A model generated the notes under the pieces. The model was not told the origin of the DNA. It saw only the letters and a list, made by a program, of their open reading frames with translations, and ran no database searches. Made by a program: the position numbers and the translations under genes. Shown in pieces: positions 14,701 through 28,300 of a DNA stretch of 64,000 bases. Each line of letters starts with the position of its first letter. Positions within the stretch are counted from its first letter, which is position 1. The DNA is from Daphnia carinata (lineage: Eukaryota): the NCBI RefSeq assembly GCF_022539665.2, contig NC_081333.1, forward strand, positions 8,370,001 to 8,434,000, given 5' to 3'.

Positions 14701-16582
14701 GAGGGTGAGCGGCCTCATCTCCGCCTCTGTCCGACTGCCCGTTATGTTTTTGTTGCTCTTCCACAACATTCTTCTCTAACTTCTTTTTCGAACCCCCCCG
14801 TTTTTTTTTTCCTTCTTATTTTTCATTAGGGATAATTCCAAGAAGCCGAACAAGTGTGGAAAGTGGCGGTCGTTTAAATTCCTTCATTAGGCCTAGATCC
14901 CCACTGGACAAAAAAAAAAAAAAAGATATGTGATGGGCCCTGAAAAAAAACAACAAAATTCCTTTTGATTTACTAAGAAAAAAGAAAAAAGAAGGGAGGA
15001 CCCTCACCAAACGCGTAACGAATCGAAATGCGATGACGATGCGGTAGGACACAATAACGAGGTGGGGGATTCGTACAGGTTCATTTTTGGCTTCACGTGG
15101 ACTGGCGACATCACGATGATTATTCTTTATTCCCATTTTTTTTTTTTTATTTTAAATCATTACGTTGACCTCGTCTTTTCCGTTTTGTACTCGCTGGTAT
15201 TTCGTGTCAAAAAATTCGGATGGGGAGACGGATTTTTTTTTTCCTTTTTCCAGCATGTCTGGAAGACTCGAGCTTCTCCCCCTGAATTTTTTTTTTTTTA
15301 CTATCTAGACCGCCCTGGGCGGTATATGATACACCTCACACGCCCCCGAGTTATAACACACGGCCGTCAACAAGTCCGCGCGCGGACGAGCTGCTGCTGC
15401 AGGGGGGGGGGGGAGAAGGTAACAAACCGTCCTCCGGATTGAATAAATTTAATCCATCAGAAACATGTTCTGACTACCATACTTTCCCTCCCCCTTACCT
15501 CCTCCGCAGTACAGGCCAAAAAAAAAAAAAAATGTGTGTTATAACATCGGATCGGTGGAGGCGGAAGAACCTCCAGAACAACAACATACCAAAAAAAAAA
15601 CGAAGGAGATCGACCGCAAAACAACAACATTTTCTCTCTCGTCCAAACCCATAGCGAATAATAAATAAGAAGATGATTGAAAAGAAGATTACCGGTGATC
15701 ACGGAGGTGGTCTTGACGACGGAAGGCTTTGCCGCAAATGTCGCAAGAGTATGGCCGCTCGTCCGTGTGCGTCCGCTCGTGGATGAGCAAATTGTAGGAT
15801 TTGGTGAATTGGCGGTTGCAGAACTTGCAGATGAACTGCTTCTTGGGGCGAGATGCCCGTCCGGGAGCGATGCCGGACGATACGGTAGACGAGGATGAAG
15901 AGACTCCACCTCCTGCGCTTCCGCGTGATATCAAACGGCGATCGAAAGGCGAAGAGAAAACGGGCGAAAACGTATCGTAATGGCCGGCGAATTGCTGATG
16001 TCCAGATTGATGTTGGGACTGGTTGGCCGACGGTGGGAAGACTGGGAAGGGCGATTTGCCCAGTCCGAAAGCTGAGGAAGCCGGTAGAGGTTCCAGGATT
16101 CGACCACCTCCACCGTTGCCTCCAGCAGGTCGACGGTTGGACGACGATGTCGAAGACGAGGACGAAGAGGAGGAAGACGGTGGTGGCGGATGGGCCGGCG
16201 GTGGACCCAGCGAAGATTCCTCTGCTGTCCTTTTGTCACCTGGGCGCAAACTTGTTGCACTCGACGGGGGTCCGCCACTGTTTTTGCTATTCACCGGTGT
16301 AGGGTTGGTGTAGTCGAAGTTCGTCTTGCCGCTACGCTCGCCAGCTTCGCTGCTGTTGGCCTTTTGCGGTGAGGAGGAGCTCTCGTCTGCGTTTCCCAGG
16401 AAGGACGGCATGATGTTGTTCACCGGTCGCGATGGCACCACGGGTCGGAATGCGGAAACTTCTCGTAAGCCAGCTGCGTGAGCGGCAGACATGTGCATAA
16501 CGTGCGGGTAAGCGGCCAGTCCGTGCGGAGTCGGTGCCATGAAACTGGCCGACGATAGACGCGACTCCTTCGAGTCGGCCAT
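11703..16582 (-). CDS. bowl: Odd-skipped family C2H2 zinc-finger transcription factor, brother of odd with entrails limited (bowl)-like; 2 coding exons, ~538 aa
   Basis: Exon 16582-15693 ends DHLRDH-CG|gtaatc. Exon 12429-11703 follows a ttctcttatag acceptor. The phase-2 join restores [12 protein letters not shown]. Five tandem fingers ([23 protein letters not shown] ... [26 protein letters not shown]) and a C-terminal eh1 motif [10 protein letters not shown]. Total 1617 nt, divisible by 3. Five fingers and the finger-5 sequence favour bowl over odd/drm; sob is the less likely alternative (recalled sequences). Confidence 0.9.
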
Positions 16583-17592
16583 GTTCTTGCGACTTTGGCC
16601 TTTCAGTTCAAAAATTTTTTTTTTTTAACTTCACTGGAAATCCGATAGGGCAGCAACGCAACGTTCGAAGCGACTGCTCAATCCGGAGACATGGACGCTA
16701 CTGTTGCCAACACAAATGTTCTCTTATCTTCTTTTCCTTCTCTCCCGTCTGTTTGGACGCAAAAAAAAAACAAAAACCTTAATAAAAAAAAAAGGGGGGA
16801 AACAAGCGTAGCAATGTATTATAAAGTATATTGCGTCATTGAATTTTTTTTTTAGGGGGAATTCTCTCGGTTTTTTTGCGCGCTCCTTGAAGTTATACGA
16901 CCCAATTGCCATTGGTGCAACAAACCAAACCTACGCGCGTTGGTGGTAGGTCATAAAAATAAGGCACTAGCGGACACGCAGTTGTTTCTACGTTCATTTT
17001 TTTCTCTCTCTCTCTCTCTCTCTCTCCTATTTATGTGGGCTAAAAAAAAGGGGGAAGCTAAACAGCGTGGTTTAAATAGCCCGCCAAAAAAAAAAAAAAA
17101 ATACGAAATGCCCCAAGAACACAAAATTGGGAAGACAATCGGGCAGTAGCTAAAAGGAGAGAACATTCTTTTTCCAGAAATGACTTTCGGCCTGAATTTT
17201 TTAAAGGTTGTATAACAACAATGCAAGGCAGGGCCCAGACAACGTCAACAAAATGGCGTCCCTCGCCCACCTCCGTGCTGCTGCTGCTGCTGCTATAATG
17301 CTACTACCCTTCCTCCCCCCTCTTGCTTCATTCTTCCCCTGGAAAACACAATTCAATCGCTCCTGCTGTTTCAGGAGGACCTGGCGCTGCCGTTAGCCTC
17401 CAACAAGTTCTCCAAGGCATTTCTGTTTTCTTATTAAACAGCAAGGGAAAGGGGGGGGGGGGGGGGGAGAAAAAAAAAAAAAAAAAAAAGAAAAAAAGGT
17501 AAATGCAATTTTTGGGGAATGTAGAAGTTTTAATGATGATGGGGAAATTCAGTTTTACTTAATTCCAATTAGAAGGTGATTAAGAATTATAC

Positions 17593-17686
17593 CTGTTCGG
17601 TTTGAAGTTGTAACAGGCAGTTGTGGTAATCCTTGGTGGTCGACCTCCGTTCCAAAGAAATACGGAATTACACTTATAGCTCAAAA
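17593..17686 (-). other. Probable non-coding 5' UTR exon of bowl
   Basis: Long poly-T tract plus CAG acceptor (17689-17687) and a CAG|GTATAA donor at 17592; no ATG inside. Candidate acceptor ttccag at 16636-16634 just before the ATG exon. Candidate upstream donor CAG|GTAAGA at 18872. Confidence 0.5.
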
Positions 17687-18199
17687 CTGAAAAAAAAAAA
17701 AGCGAGAGGTTTCAAACGAAAGGATTTCCCGCGGCTTTGTTCCACTTTCGAAAAACGCGGAATTATAATTTTTTTTTTTTTTTTTTCCTTCTCGCTCCGG
17801 CCGGAATGTTGACTGCCAAAAAAAAGCAAAACAGAAGCACTTTCTTCTTCTCGTTGGCTTGCTGACGTCCGTTTATAGATTCGCACAGCAGCAAAATCAA
17901 GGCAACAAGCCTCGAACGTAACACAGACACAGGGGAGGTGCAGCAGGCGGAGTGAAGAGAGAAGCACAAGAGAAGCACAAGACACTGGTGAAAAACGGTG
18001 GAACGCCAGCAGCTGTTTCACATCTGCACATCCGTAAAAAACAAAAACCGTTTTGCTACTGATGCTGCTACTACTCTACTAAACGAGGCTGGACTTCTTG
18101 CTACTATTACTAACGTACCAGACGTTCGTCAAAAAAAAAAAAAAAAACCTTAAAAAATTTCTTTGTTTTCTTCCGAACTGCTCGAAACAAAAGAAATTG

Positions 18200-18559
18200 A
18201 TCGACAAAAGAAAAACGCAGGTAACACACGCACGTGTGAATAACTTTGTCGTAACACGAAAGAAGAACAAAAACTGAGAGTTCACAACAGATTTTTTTTT
18301 TTTTTTTGTCCAAGTGTTTTTGTTTTGTTTTGTTTTTTGTGAAAGAAGAACGCAGTTTTCTTGCTGCTGTGCGGCTCTGTCTCAAGACGATGACTGCTGC
18401 TGCAACATATCCGGTCGGTAGCGTGAATCCGTCCCGGCGCGGCACAACAGACTGGTCTATCAAGCTACCTGTTGCCTCCGGTGTACGTACGTCTTTTTTT
18501 TTTTCTCCCTTCTTCTTCGACCGCCCTGCTCCTCCCCTCTCCTCTATTTTTTTTGTGTT

Positions 18560-18607
<48 letters not shown>

Positions 18608-19380
18608 CTCTTCGTTCCCCTCATTTCGCCTTCTTGAACGAGTCCTCGTGTGTGCTCCTGCTCCTGCTCCTCCCTTCTTCGGGCACGCATAACAACTTGC
18701 CCCTCCGTGATAAGCGAAAAGAAGTTCTATAGGGTGGGGTGGTCGACGAAGAAGGGGAGGTGGGAGACGATGGAGCGTTTTGAAACTTTTTCTTCTTACA
18801 AGAGGTAGAGAAAGGGAGGGAATGAGGACAGAGTAACCCAACAGCTCTCCATATTCGGCCTCCCCTTCTTACCTGTGTTTCTGCCCTCTTATTGCGCGCT
18901 ACCACATCTCCTCCCGTCTTCTTTCTTCCTTCTTTTTATTCCCCCCCCCCCTCCTCTCCATCTTTTTTTTTTTTTTCTTTTTTCTCGACTACTACCTGGG
19001 AGCCTTACACACACATGCAGCGTCGGAGGAGGAGAACCCTCTGGCGTATCTACCTGCGTGACATGCCAACGCAACACACACACACACACACGGGTTCTTT
19101 TCTCTTTCCTCCTTTGATTTTTTTTTTTTTCTTCTTTCTTCTTTCTTCTTCCATTTCGGTGTTACAGCAGCCCAGCCCCATCATGGCGGCTACCTTATAC
19201 ATATATGTAGACTTGGTATCTCTGTGAATAGGAAGAAGAAGAAGAAGAAGAAGACGGACCCACGAAAATAAAAGAGAGAGAGAGAGAGAGAACACAGCAC
19301 CAAACTGTAATAAAAGCAGTGGCAAAAAATGCTGAAAAGAGACTAACATTATGATTTTTTTTTTTTTTTTACCTGCCCTA
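18200..19380 (-). promoter_or_regulatory. Putative bowl promoter-proximal region (CAGGTAG/CAGGTAA cluster, GAGA repeats, GCCAT motif)
   Basis: Six CAGGTA(G/A) heptamers in about 1.2 kb, (CT)n and (GA)n tracts, and the upstream-most strong donor at 18872. Confidence 0.4.
18563..18604. repeat. (TC)n microsatellite / GAGA tract
   Basis: About 21 TC units. Confidence 0.9.
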
Positions 19381-22300
19381 TTCGTGAGATCGACGCTAGA
19401 AATATGCACGTCTTTTACTAAGGAGCTCAGTATCTTTTTTTTTTTGTAGGTCTACTTGCTTTTCTACCATTTTTTTCTTTTACCTATGCCCTTCGTTTGT
19501 GATAGCAAAAAAAAAAAAAAAAAAAAATGAGCAGCTGGCATTGGTATGCAGCTCGTTCTTTTTATTTTGCCTCTGTGTGCGCACATGTTGGGAGGAGGCA
19601 AATGAGAGTTTCTTTCTATTTCGTATGCGCTTTTTTTTACACCCAACAAAAAGTTGTTCGTTCCTACTCAAAACAAATGGTAAAAAGTCGAAATGGTTGC
19701 TACGCAGAATCGTTTGCCGCATTGAATGCGTGATGTCACCCGAGGAGTCAGCAGTGCGTCCGTTTTATTTATCGTGATTTATATAAATAATAGTCGGCAA
19801 ACCGTCGGTGCATTTCCCAACTGTCTCAATGTTGACCCTCCATACGTAAGAGGAATGAGGAGAGCGTATGCAAAGAGGCGCTTGAGCGGCAGTCCAGAAA
19901 CAAGAAGAGACTAATGGCTTCGACTTATTCTAAGACTTCTTTTTTTTTTTTTTTTTTTTTTTTCCTTCTTCATTCCTACCATTTTCTGTATGGCCGACAT
20001 GCGCAACCGTCGCCGACTCTTTGCGTGCGTGAGCTTCCACCTGAACGAGCAAACTCCATGTCGTTTTTTTTTTTGAGTTTCATTTCCCTTGAAAAAATTC
20101 TCGAGAAAAAAACAAAACAAATGGCAGGCAAACACAGAGCAGTGTGTGTAACATATCTTTGATCTTTCATGATGGAAAAAGAAAACCATCAATCGTCTGT
20201 TTCGCCATGCGAAATAAGCCGATCTAATCTCCTCAATTCCTTATTTTTTTTTTCTTGTCTTTGTCGTTTGCGCTAGTCGTCGGAGTTCTCGGCAACATTC
20301 ACCACCGCATACGTGTTCCAAATGGAGTCCTGTTTTTTTTTTTTTTTTTTTTTTTTTTTCCTTTTCCCTTTATTCTTTTAATATTTTTTCTTTCTTGAAA
20401 TTATTTCTTTGCATTTCTTGTGCTGAACTTTTAAGAGCAGGGTAAACATTCCTTTTTTTTTCCACCCCATCTTTTCACATTGTTAGGGAGGTTAGATTTT
20501 TTAACGACTGATTTTTACTGGTCGTGTTGAGTTGCGGGTTTTTTTTCGTTTAGTTAACCAAGCCTAACATCGTCTCTTTTATTATTTTTTTTTTTCTCGG
20601 TGCTGTTATCTACGTTTTGTACAGCCCTGCCACCGAGCAACTTTTGACTCTTGTGTCAAACCCAAATGGAGCTATATAACCTACCCTTCTAAAGAATTGA
20701 AAAACACATACAAAACAAATGTGGATACCCTTTTTTAAAAAAAATATATATTTCTTGCCTCGGTTGTAAAGCCTTTTATTTTCGCGCAAAACCAAGAAGA
20801 CATACACGCAAATGTCCTTTTTTTTTTTTCGTACGGAAATATTTTTTGTGTGTGTGGGTTTGCCCACAAAAATCAACAAAAGAGACCATGTTTTCTTTTG
20901 GGTGGTTTCTTTCTTTCTTTTTTTTTAACACACGACGAACGAACATATATATAAGAGAGCGAGAAAAAAAACAAAAATCAGGATGTGTGTTGAATCTAGA
21001 CACACGCAACGAAAGCCGAAGCGGAGAAGACTTGATGATAAGATGTTTCGGAGGGACCGATGGAGAGAACAAATAGACGACCGAAGAGAAAGGCAAGTAA
21101 CCTCAGAGACCACGTTGGGGTTTTAGGTCGTTAAAAAAAAAACTTCAAACACGAGGAACGAGAGAGAGAGAGAGAAAAAAAAAAGAAGAGAAAAACAGGC
21201 ACAGTCAGAGAGAAGGGCGACATTAAAAAACACCTATACGCCATCGAGAAAAAGAACTTGCGGCGTAATGTGGTATGATGATGTGCTTCTGCTGCTGTTA
21301 AAAACTTGTTGCTGCCGTAGGTGCGGGCGCCGCAGGTCAACTTCACTCAACTACCTTTACCTTCTATCGCTTTGGCTCTGCGAGCAGTGGCGGTCGTATA
21401 CGGTAATGGCAATAATTGACTTTTAATGACGCTGAAAAAGGAAAAAAAAAAAAATAAAGGAATGAGGCTCCTTATTTTATTTATTTTTTTAAAACTTTAC
21501 TTCTTACATCTATTAGAAAAAAGAAAATGAAATAAAACATTTAGTTGCGCACGTTCCCGATCCTTGTGGCCATTTCACCTTTTCAAAATGATTAAATTTT
21601 TTTTATGTAACACTTTGCTTTTTTTTTTTTTAAACGCATTCTAAATGTATTTTTTTCTTCGTGTCGCAAAGGTAAGAAATAATATATATATATATTTTTT
21701 TTTAGAGCGCCATTTAAACGGAGCGGCAACAGGTCACCGTCTCTGATTGTTTGTGTTTTGCCTACATGACAAGTGCTTCGAGAGAGAACTTTTGATGAGG
21801 TTCGAGAAAGTTGACGTCGTCGCGCGATGTGTGCTCGGCCGGCCAGTCCGCCCGTCTGTGTTTGCATGACTATTTGGTTATGAAATCTTCACCCAAAACG
21901 AGAGAAAAAAAAAAACGGAGAGAGAGAGAGAGAGAGAGAGAGAGCCGAACTGTGTTTTTTCCTTCCTCCCCTCACCGTCTTGTTTATACAAGAGAGTCAC
22001 CTTCTTTTCCTAAAAAAGATTTTGGACAGAGAAAGAAAAATGGAGACGACGTGGCACACAGAACACACAAGACTCGACAAAGGTAAGAAAAAATTATTAT
22101 ATATTTTTTTTTTTTTCGAAAAAAAGGAGCTCTTTTTCTTCTTTCTCTTTCTTGCTGTCTACTGTACAAGCGTGTTGGAATTCTCTCCCTTCTTCTTTTG
22201 CATGCCGCACGCGAGCCCCAAGAAGAATATCAACAAGAAGGGAGATGGGGGGGGGGGGGGGGGGGGAGATGTATAATATGGAAGAGTCTTTTATTCTTCC

Positions 22301-25300
22301 TTATTTCAAATGGTGACTGGGTTCTTTTCTTTTTTTTTTTTTTTTTTCCAAGACTTTTGTTTAAATATCGTATCTCTCTTTTTCTTCTTCTTCTTTTTCT
22401 GATTTATTTCGGTCAACTGATGGACAGGAAAAGAGGGTCCTTTTAAATTCGAGTTCCCTCTTAGACCAGTTCACCAAGGTTAATTATAGTTGAAAGTTAG
22501 CCGTGTAAGGCTTGTTATAAAGGTAGATACGCTCTCGTCAACGTCGAAGGTGAATATTCAAATTCTCCAGTGATTTGTTGAATAATTATGCACGATTTTT
22601 TAGGTAGCTGCATCGTCAAATGTTTTGCGAGAATATTCGTGATTTCTTCTTGAGTGCCAAACAATGTTTAGGTCATTACCTCTGCTTCTTTTTGGCGTGT
22701 TTCGTTTAGAACTGGACAACTCACGCATAAAATTTGCAAAATGAATTTCATGTCGTTGGTATATGTTTTGCAGATAGCATTTAGTTTGCGTTCAGGAGCT
22801 GAAAACTACAGTTGATACGAATAAAATCAAGCAACACACCTGTTGAAACGACCCTGAGGTGGTTCGATAGTCAAAATACCCGCAAGAAATCCTTCGATTT
22901 AATGAGAACATTTTGGTTTTGTGTTTTTTTTTTTCTTGGCTCAAGTTTTGTTCTTTTGGTTTAAAAGTAATACCTTTAGGGCTCCCCTTGGTCAAGATGT
23001 TTGGCAATAATTAGCTGCAATCAGCACACTAAACCTAAAGCGGCGTATCTTTGATATGTTTCACGTTCTAAGTGGTTTGTCGATTCATATATATATATAT
23101 ATTTTTTTTGTGGCTAAAAGTGTCGCCTAGCAAAGGGAAATAGTTAGCCGCTTTTACTAGATTTTTTTTTACAACTCCTCTTTCCGGTCGGTTAAAAATC
23201 GTTTGTTCTGTCACTCTCTCCCCCCCCCCCCCCCCCCCCGCGCCTCCCTACACACTCCCGCTATCTCGGTCCCCAATTTGCGGGATGTCGTCGACTAAAA
23301 AAGACCAATAGAAAAACCCACGTAGCGTCTCTCTTTTGAAAAGCGCCGTGTCGTCGGCTGATAACGCGCCCCAAACTGTCGGCAACTGAAGAACTCGTGA
23401 TACGAAGCAGACGCTTGTGTAAACGGCGGCGTTTTTCAACCAAACGTATTAGGTAAACGACATTTCCGATACGAGCGCCCACTTCTCTCCCCCGATTTTT
23501 ACCTATTTCCCGAAATGTTTCCCATTTCCTAAAGAGCCACAACGAATTTCAAATTTGATGGTAACAACACGTTAAACGGCCGTGGTGTAATGACTTGTTA
23601 ATAACTAGAGCGGGGCTCACAAATCACGCTTGGCCGATTGTTATCGACGGACAGCGGGGGAGGCGTGGAAAGGCAAATTGAATTACGGCAGACATTGCTG
23701 AAAAAAAAAAAAAAAGAAGAGAGGATGGAGGGACAAACAAAATTCGTGACAAACAACGCAACACGCGGGAAAAGTGAGGCGTTCGGGAGGTCTTGTAACG
23801 GATAAGATGACACACACGGCTGGTCGACGTAGCAAACGTCTGCTGGTTATGACGTCACTGGAGATAAGAAAAACCATCACCTTTTTTTTTTTTTCTTTCT
23901 TTTTTAAGGGAAAGTATTTTATTTCCAAAAGGAAGAGCTTGTTGGAAAGCAAAAAAAAAAAAAAAAAAAAAAAAATAGATTAAAAACACCGAAAAAGCCA
24001 CCACCAGTGCGCACACACACGAGGTTGATTTTCCAGCACAGCAGGATGTCCTTTGCCTGTTGGAAGATTTTTTCCTTCAACGTAACTATAGAGTGCCCCC
24101 ATCATCTTTTCTTTTTTTTTTTTTTTTTATTCCTTTTCTCCATTCTGTTTTTTCCTTTTCCCTTTTCTTTTTTATTATTATTATCTGGATACCGACCCAA
24201 AACCCAATCATTCATTTTCTCGTTCGCAATCAAGAGCCCGCAAGGAAATGTTTCTAAATCTGAAACAAGAAAAAGATATTTTCATTTGAACAAAGGACAA
24301 AACAAAAGGTAGAATCGGTAAATGAACTTTGAAATCGAATCGTTTTCTCATTTTCTTTTTTTTTTTTTTCTCTTTTTCTATCGAAACAATAGACGAGCTA
24401 TTTTTCTTGCAAAGTTCGCCAGGTAAATGGATAGAGTCGGGAGGGGGGAGAAAGCCACGGAGAAAGGAAAACATTTCGATAAAGATTGTTATTAAATTAA
24501 ATTAGAACCATGTAGTTTCGAAATGGTGAATAACGATTTTTTAGAACAATAAAAAAGAAAATCAAATGACGGATGAAGTTGTGGGCGGCACGGATTGCCT
24601 CCGCAAAACAACGCCAAATTGTTCCGATATTGTTCGCCGTTTTCGGAAAACATGTGATTGGATTTCTTCCCTCCACCTCCTCCACAAATAACCCCTGTAT
24701 CCTTTTTTTTTTTTTCTTTTTAAGAGAAAAAAGAAATCCAAAATTGTTTCATGTTTTTAACCCCCTCCACCTCTTGTTTTTTTTTGACGACGGGCCAAAT
24801 TATATAGCCGGAGTATGTTGTACATTTGTGCACTGGATGAGCGAGAGAGAGAGAGAGAGAGGTCTGAGGGCCAGCCAGTGCAGGTGCGGCATATAGATGG
24901 GACAGCAATGGGAGTGTTTCGGTACTAGTGACGCCCCCGGGAACTTGAAGAAAAGAATACAGTATTTTTCTTGAGTGCTGCTGGTGATCTAGAACCTGCA
25001 AATTATTGGCAATCGTTCAACTAAAAAAAAAAAAAAAAGAAATGCTGCTCTAACCATAAGGGATGGGAGTGCAAGTTTTAGTTTGAGTGCACAAAAAAAA
25101 AGGGGGGAAGCAAAATAGGATGGATTCAACCTTCTTCGGGACCCCAAAAAGGTAATAGTTGAACCGTTCTGGGCACACCCCTTCGATTTTCCACCACCCC
25201 TTTATGCCTCTCTGGCCGACGATGTTCGGTTGTTATTATTATTTCTGGAACATAGACTGGTTGTTCTCACAAGAGGTGTGTCGGAGCAGTCGAGAGAGTT

Positions 25301-28300
25301 GCTGTGTCAACAACAAACAACCCAGCATTTGCGGATGAGGTGGAAATCTGTATCTGGGCTATTTCGCTGCCAACGGATCGCCCCCTCTGCCCGTTTCGAA
25401 ACCCGCCCTTCATTTCGTCGAGCATATTCATCATCACTCTCTTCTTTTTTTTTTTTTTTTTTTTTTAAGGATTGTCCCTGCAATGTTTTCTGCGTTCCAG
25501 AAGCGAAATGTTTACGCCTCTTTGGCGTAAAATCGAAAGAGAAATGTGGAAATCCTAAACAGAATTCCATTTTCTTTTAATTTCACGTGAATTTCGGATG
25601 ATGTTTACGTCCCCCATCGAATTCGAGAGTCTCTAATTAAATTTCGCATATATCTACATCAGTTTTAGAGGTTTTGCTCGATGGCACGTGACGTAATTCC
25701 CGTAATTCACCTGCCACAAGCTCGTGATCGAAGTTAAACTTGTACAACATCAAAATATCCAAAAGAAGAATGTTCATTGTTTCACTCCCCCACAGACCCC
25801 GGGTCTTCTTCTATTCTTCTATTCCTTTTTTTTTATAAGAGAATTAAAGGGAAAAAAAGATGGAAAAAAAGCTGTTCTTGTACACTCAGACACACATAAT
25901 TCCCGACAAGTGCATATTGCCTTGAGGGCCGAAACATTCCTAACGTTCCACAAACTAGCGGGCCGCAGGGTGAAGAACGCGTACACGAAAACGCTGCTCC
26001 TCTATACTTATAGACCTATACAACTGCGTGTTGTTAGTACTAGGGGAAATTTAGGCGGGCACACTTGTTGCTTCTTATTTTCTTATATATACAGTATATA
26101 TATATATGAATAAATCATAGTTGATTTTTTTTCTTTAAATAATAGCACCCCCCCCCCCCCCCCCCCCCCCCACATCTCTTTAAACATTTTCCCCCCATTA
26201 AGTTGAGGTGAAAAGGAAGGAAAACACGTTCACGGTTGGTTGCATTGATATGCAAGGCGCCAAAGCAGTTGCTAAGAAGGCGGCCTTTATTTATGTAACA
26301 GCGGATTTGTGTCCGTCCCAACTTGCAACAGATTCCTCTACTTTTCTTATATGTGTAGCGCCCACACCGGGAGAGAGCCGCACCCTGGCCAGCAGCTCTT
26401 GTGATGAAGAAAGGCATGGAATCCCTTTTTTTTTCAAGAAAAAAGGGGGAATATTACCGACTTTAATTGGAGGAGAGAAGGAACCCCTTTCATCGTGGTC
26501 TTTTAGTTTAAAAAAAAAAAATGATCTTAACCGACATAGAATGTTGTTGCGGTGTAGATGTATCTAATATCCCCCCTCTACCAGATTCATAGCATTCTTC
26601 AGCCATCTGGTGTGTCCACCAACGGGCCATCTGAAAGACCAAAGTTTAAAAGGAAGATGAAAAATTATTTTCTAAAAAATGTATATATATTACTTAATTC
26701 AATAGGCCACCAGGTATTTTTTTTTTTCCTTCATTCTTTTCGCTTTAAAAGAAAAGAAAGAAGAATAATAGGAAAGAAATGATGACGACTATACAATAGG
26801 TTTTCGGTGAGTGCTATTATCACGGTGGGAGAGGGAGGAATAAAAATGGAGGAAAAAGGTGTGTATCTGCGTGAGGGTCAGTTCAGTGACACAGAGTCGA
26901 CGCCTCCTCCCCCACATGCGGTGAACCGCTTAAGTTACCTTTTTTTTTATTTTTATCGAAAAAGAGAAAGAAAAAAATAAGTTGATAAATAAATTTCTTT
27001 CCCTCCCACGTCCGTGCCCGTCGCCTTCCAACCGGCAGCGCCGCCCGTTGGAATCCAAACCAACGGAATGCCGGAATATTCGAAGAAAAAAAAAAAAAAC
27101 ATTTTCTGGCATTCCATTTCAGCTTCTTCTTCAGATCCTCCTTTTTCTTTTCATTCCTTTTTTTTGTTTTTTGTTTTTGATACTGCAGAGAAATTCATCA
27201 ATGCACGGAATTTGTTTTGATATCAAAAGGGATTTCTTCAACATCATCGTCCTCGTCTTTCATACAAATAATTCCCCGCTAGCGCTTCGCCTCTTTTCAA
27301 GAGTTCCGATATTTTGCGCCCTTAAGCTCTTTTTTGTTTTTGTTTCCATAATTAATCATTACGTAATTCATGCCCGTATTTTTTTTTTTTTCAAGAAAGG
27401 TTGTTTCACCTTAAGGCGAAAAATCAATTCCAAAAAGAAAGTAGGCGATTGTTTTTTCGTGCTGTCGTCAACCTGATTTTGCACCCGGAGATATTGAAGA
27501 CGGTGCCTCCTCTTTTGTTTCTAGTTTTCGTTTGTGTGACTTTCGTCTATGGCTGGAACAAAAAAAAAGATTTTTTTTTTTTTGTGTTACCTATTGCCTT
27601 GTGAGATGGTAATCTACCGACGACGACGAAGATCGGCTCGCGCTTTCTTTATATATATTACATGTTGTTTCCCTTTTCTTTCTTCCTTCGTATTCCTGCT
27701 CAGGGAGACAACGGATCCCTCAACAACAACAACAAAAAAAAAAGTCGGCGCCTCCGTGATAACCATCTGAGAAATGCTCTGGAATGTCGTCATGAAAATC
27801 CGACAACGGGACGATACTATGTGTCATCGACGGCCGCGTGACCTCGTCATCGCTGACCTTCTTTATACTTCTCCTCGAAACCTTTTTTTTTTTTTAGAAA
27901 GCTCCCCCCTCTTTTTTTTTTTAATTACTTCACGTTAAGTCTTTAGTAATATTCAAAAAAGGAAATATGTTTTCCCCTTTTTTTTTCTTCAGAGTTTTTA
28001 ATAAGCGGAAATCATGCAGAGTATGGGGGTAGGTGGAGGGTGAAACGCACAGGGATGTGAGAAAAAGAAAAATCCCTGGCATGCTTGACCCCATGCTGTC
28101 GCAACATATAGGAATCTCCCGCACCATGGGAACATCATCAGATTTTCAAAGTGGAAAACGGAAAAGAAGGAGACAGAACAACAGTGCGAGTGAATTTGTT
28201 GTTCCTATCGTTTGATTATTCCACCTACGCATTACTTTTGAATTTTGAAAAAAACAAACAAAAAAACACATCATCTGCTGCGAGGCTTACAGATTTGGTT

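Noticed and set aside
11738..16372. ORFs overlapping the bowl exons on other frames or strands
   Set aside because: Shadow ORFs of a GC-rich CDS.
18110..18841. 243-aa minus-strand ORF
   Set aside because: Translation of GA repeats and homopolymer runs, non-ATG start, no domain.
7700..20910. Ci/Gli-like GACCACC variants (9399, 17633, 18736 and others)
   Set aside because: No perfect GACCACCCA; one-mismatch sites are expected by chance at this length.
23577..23650. GGCCGTGGTGTAATG, resembling a tRNA 5' end/A-box
   Set aside because: No T-loop GTTCRA, and no acceptor stem or cloverleaf could be built.
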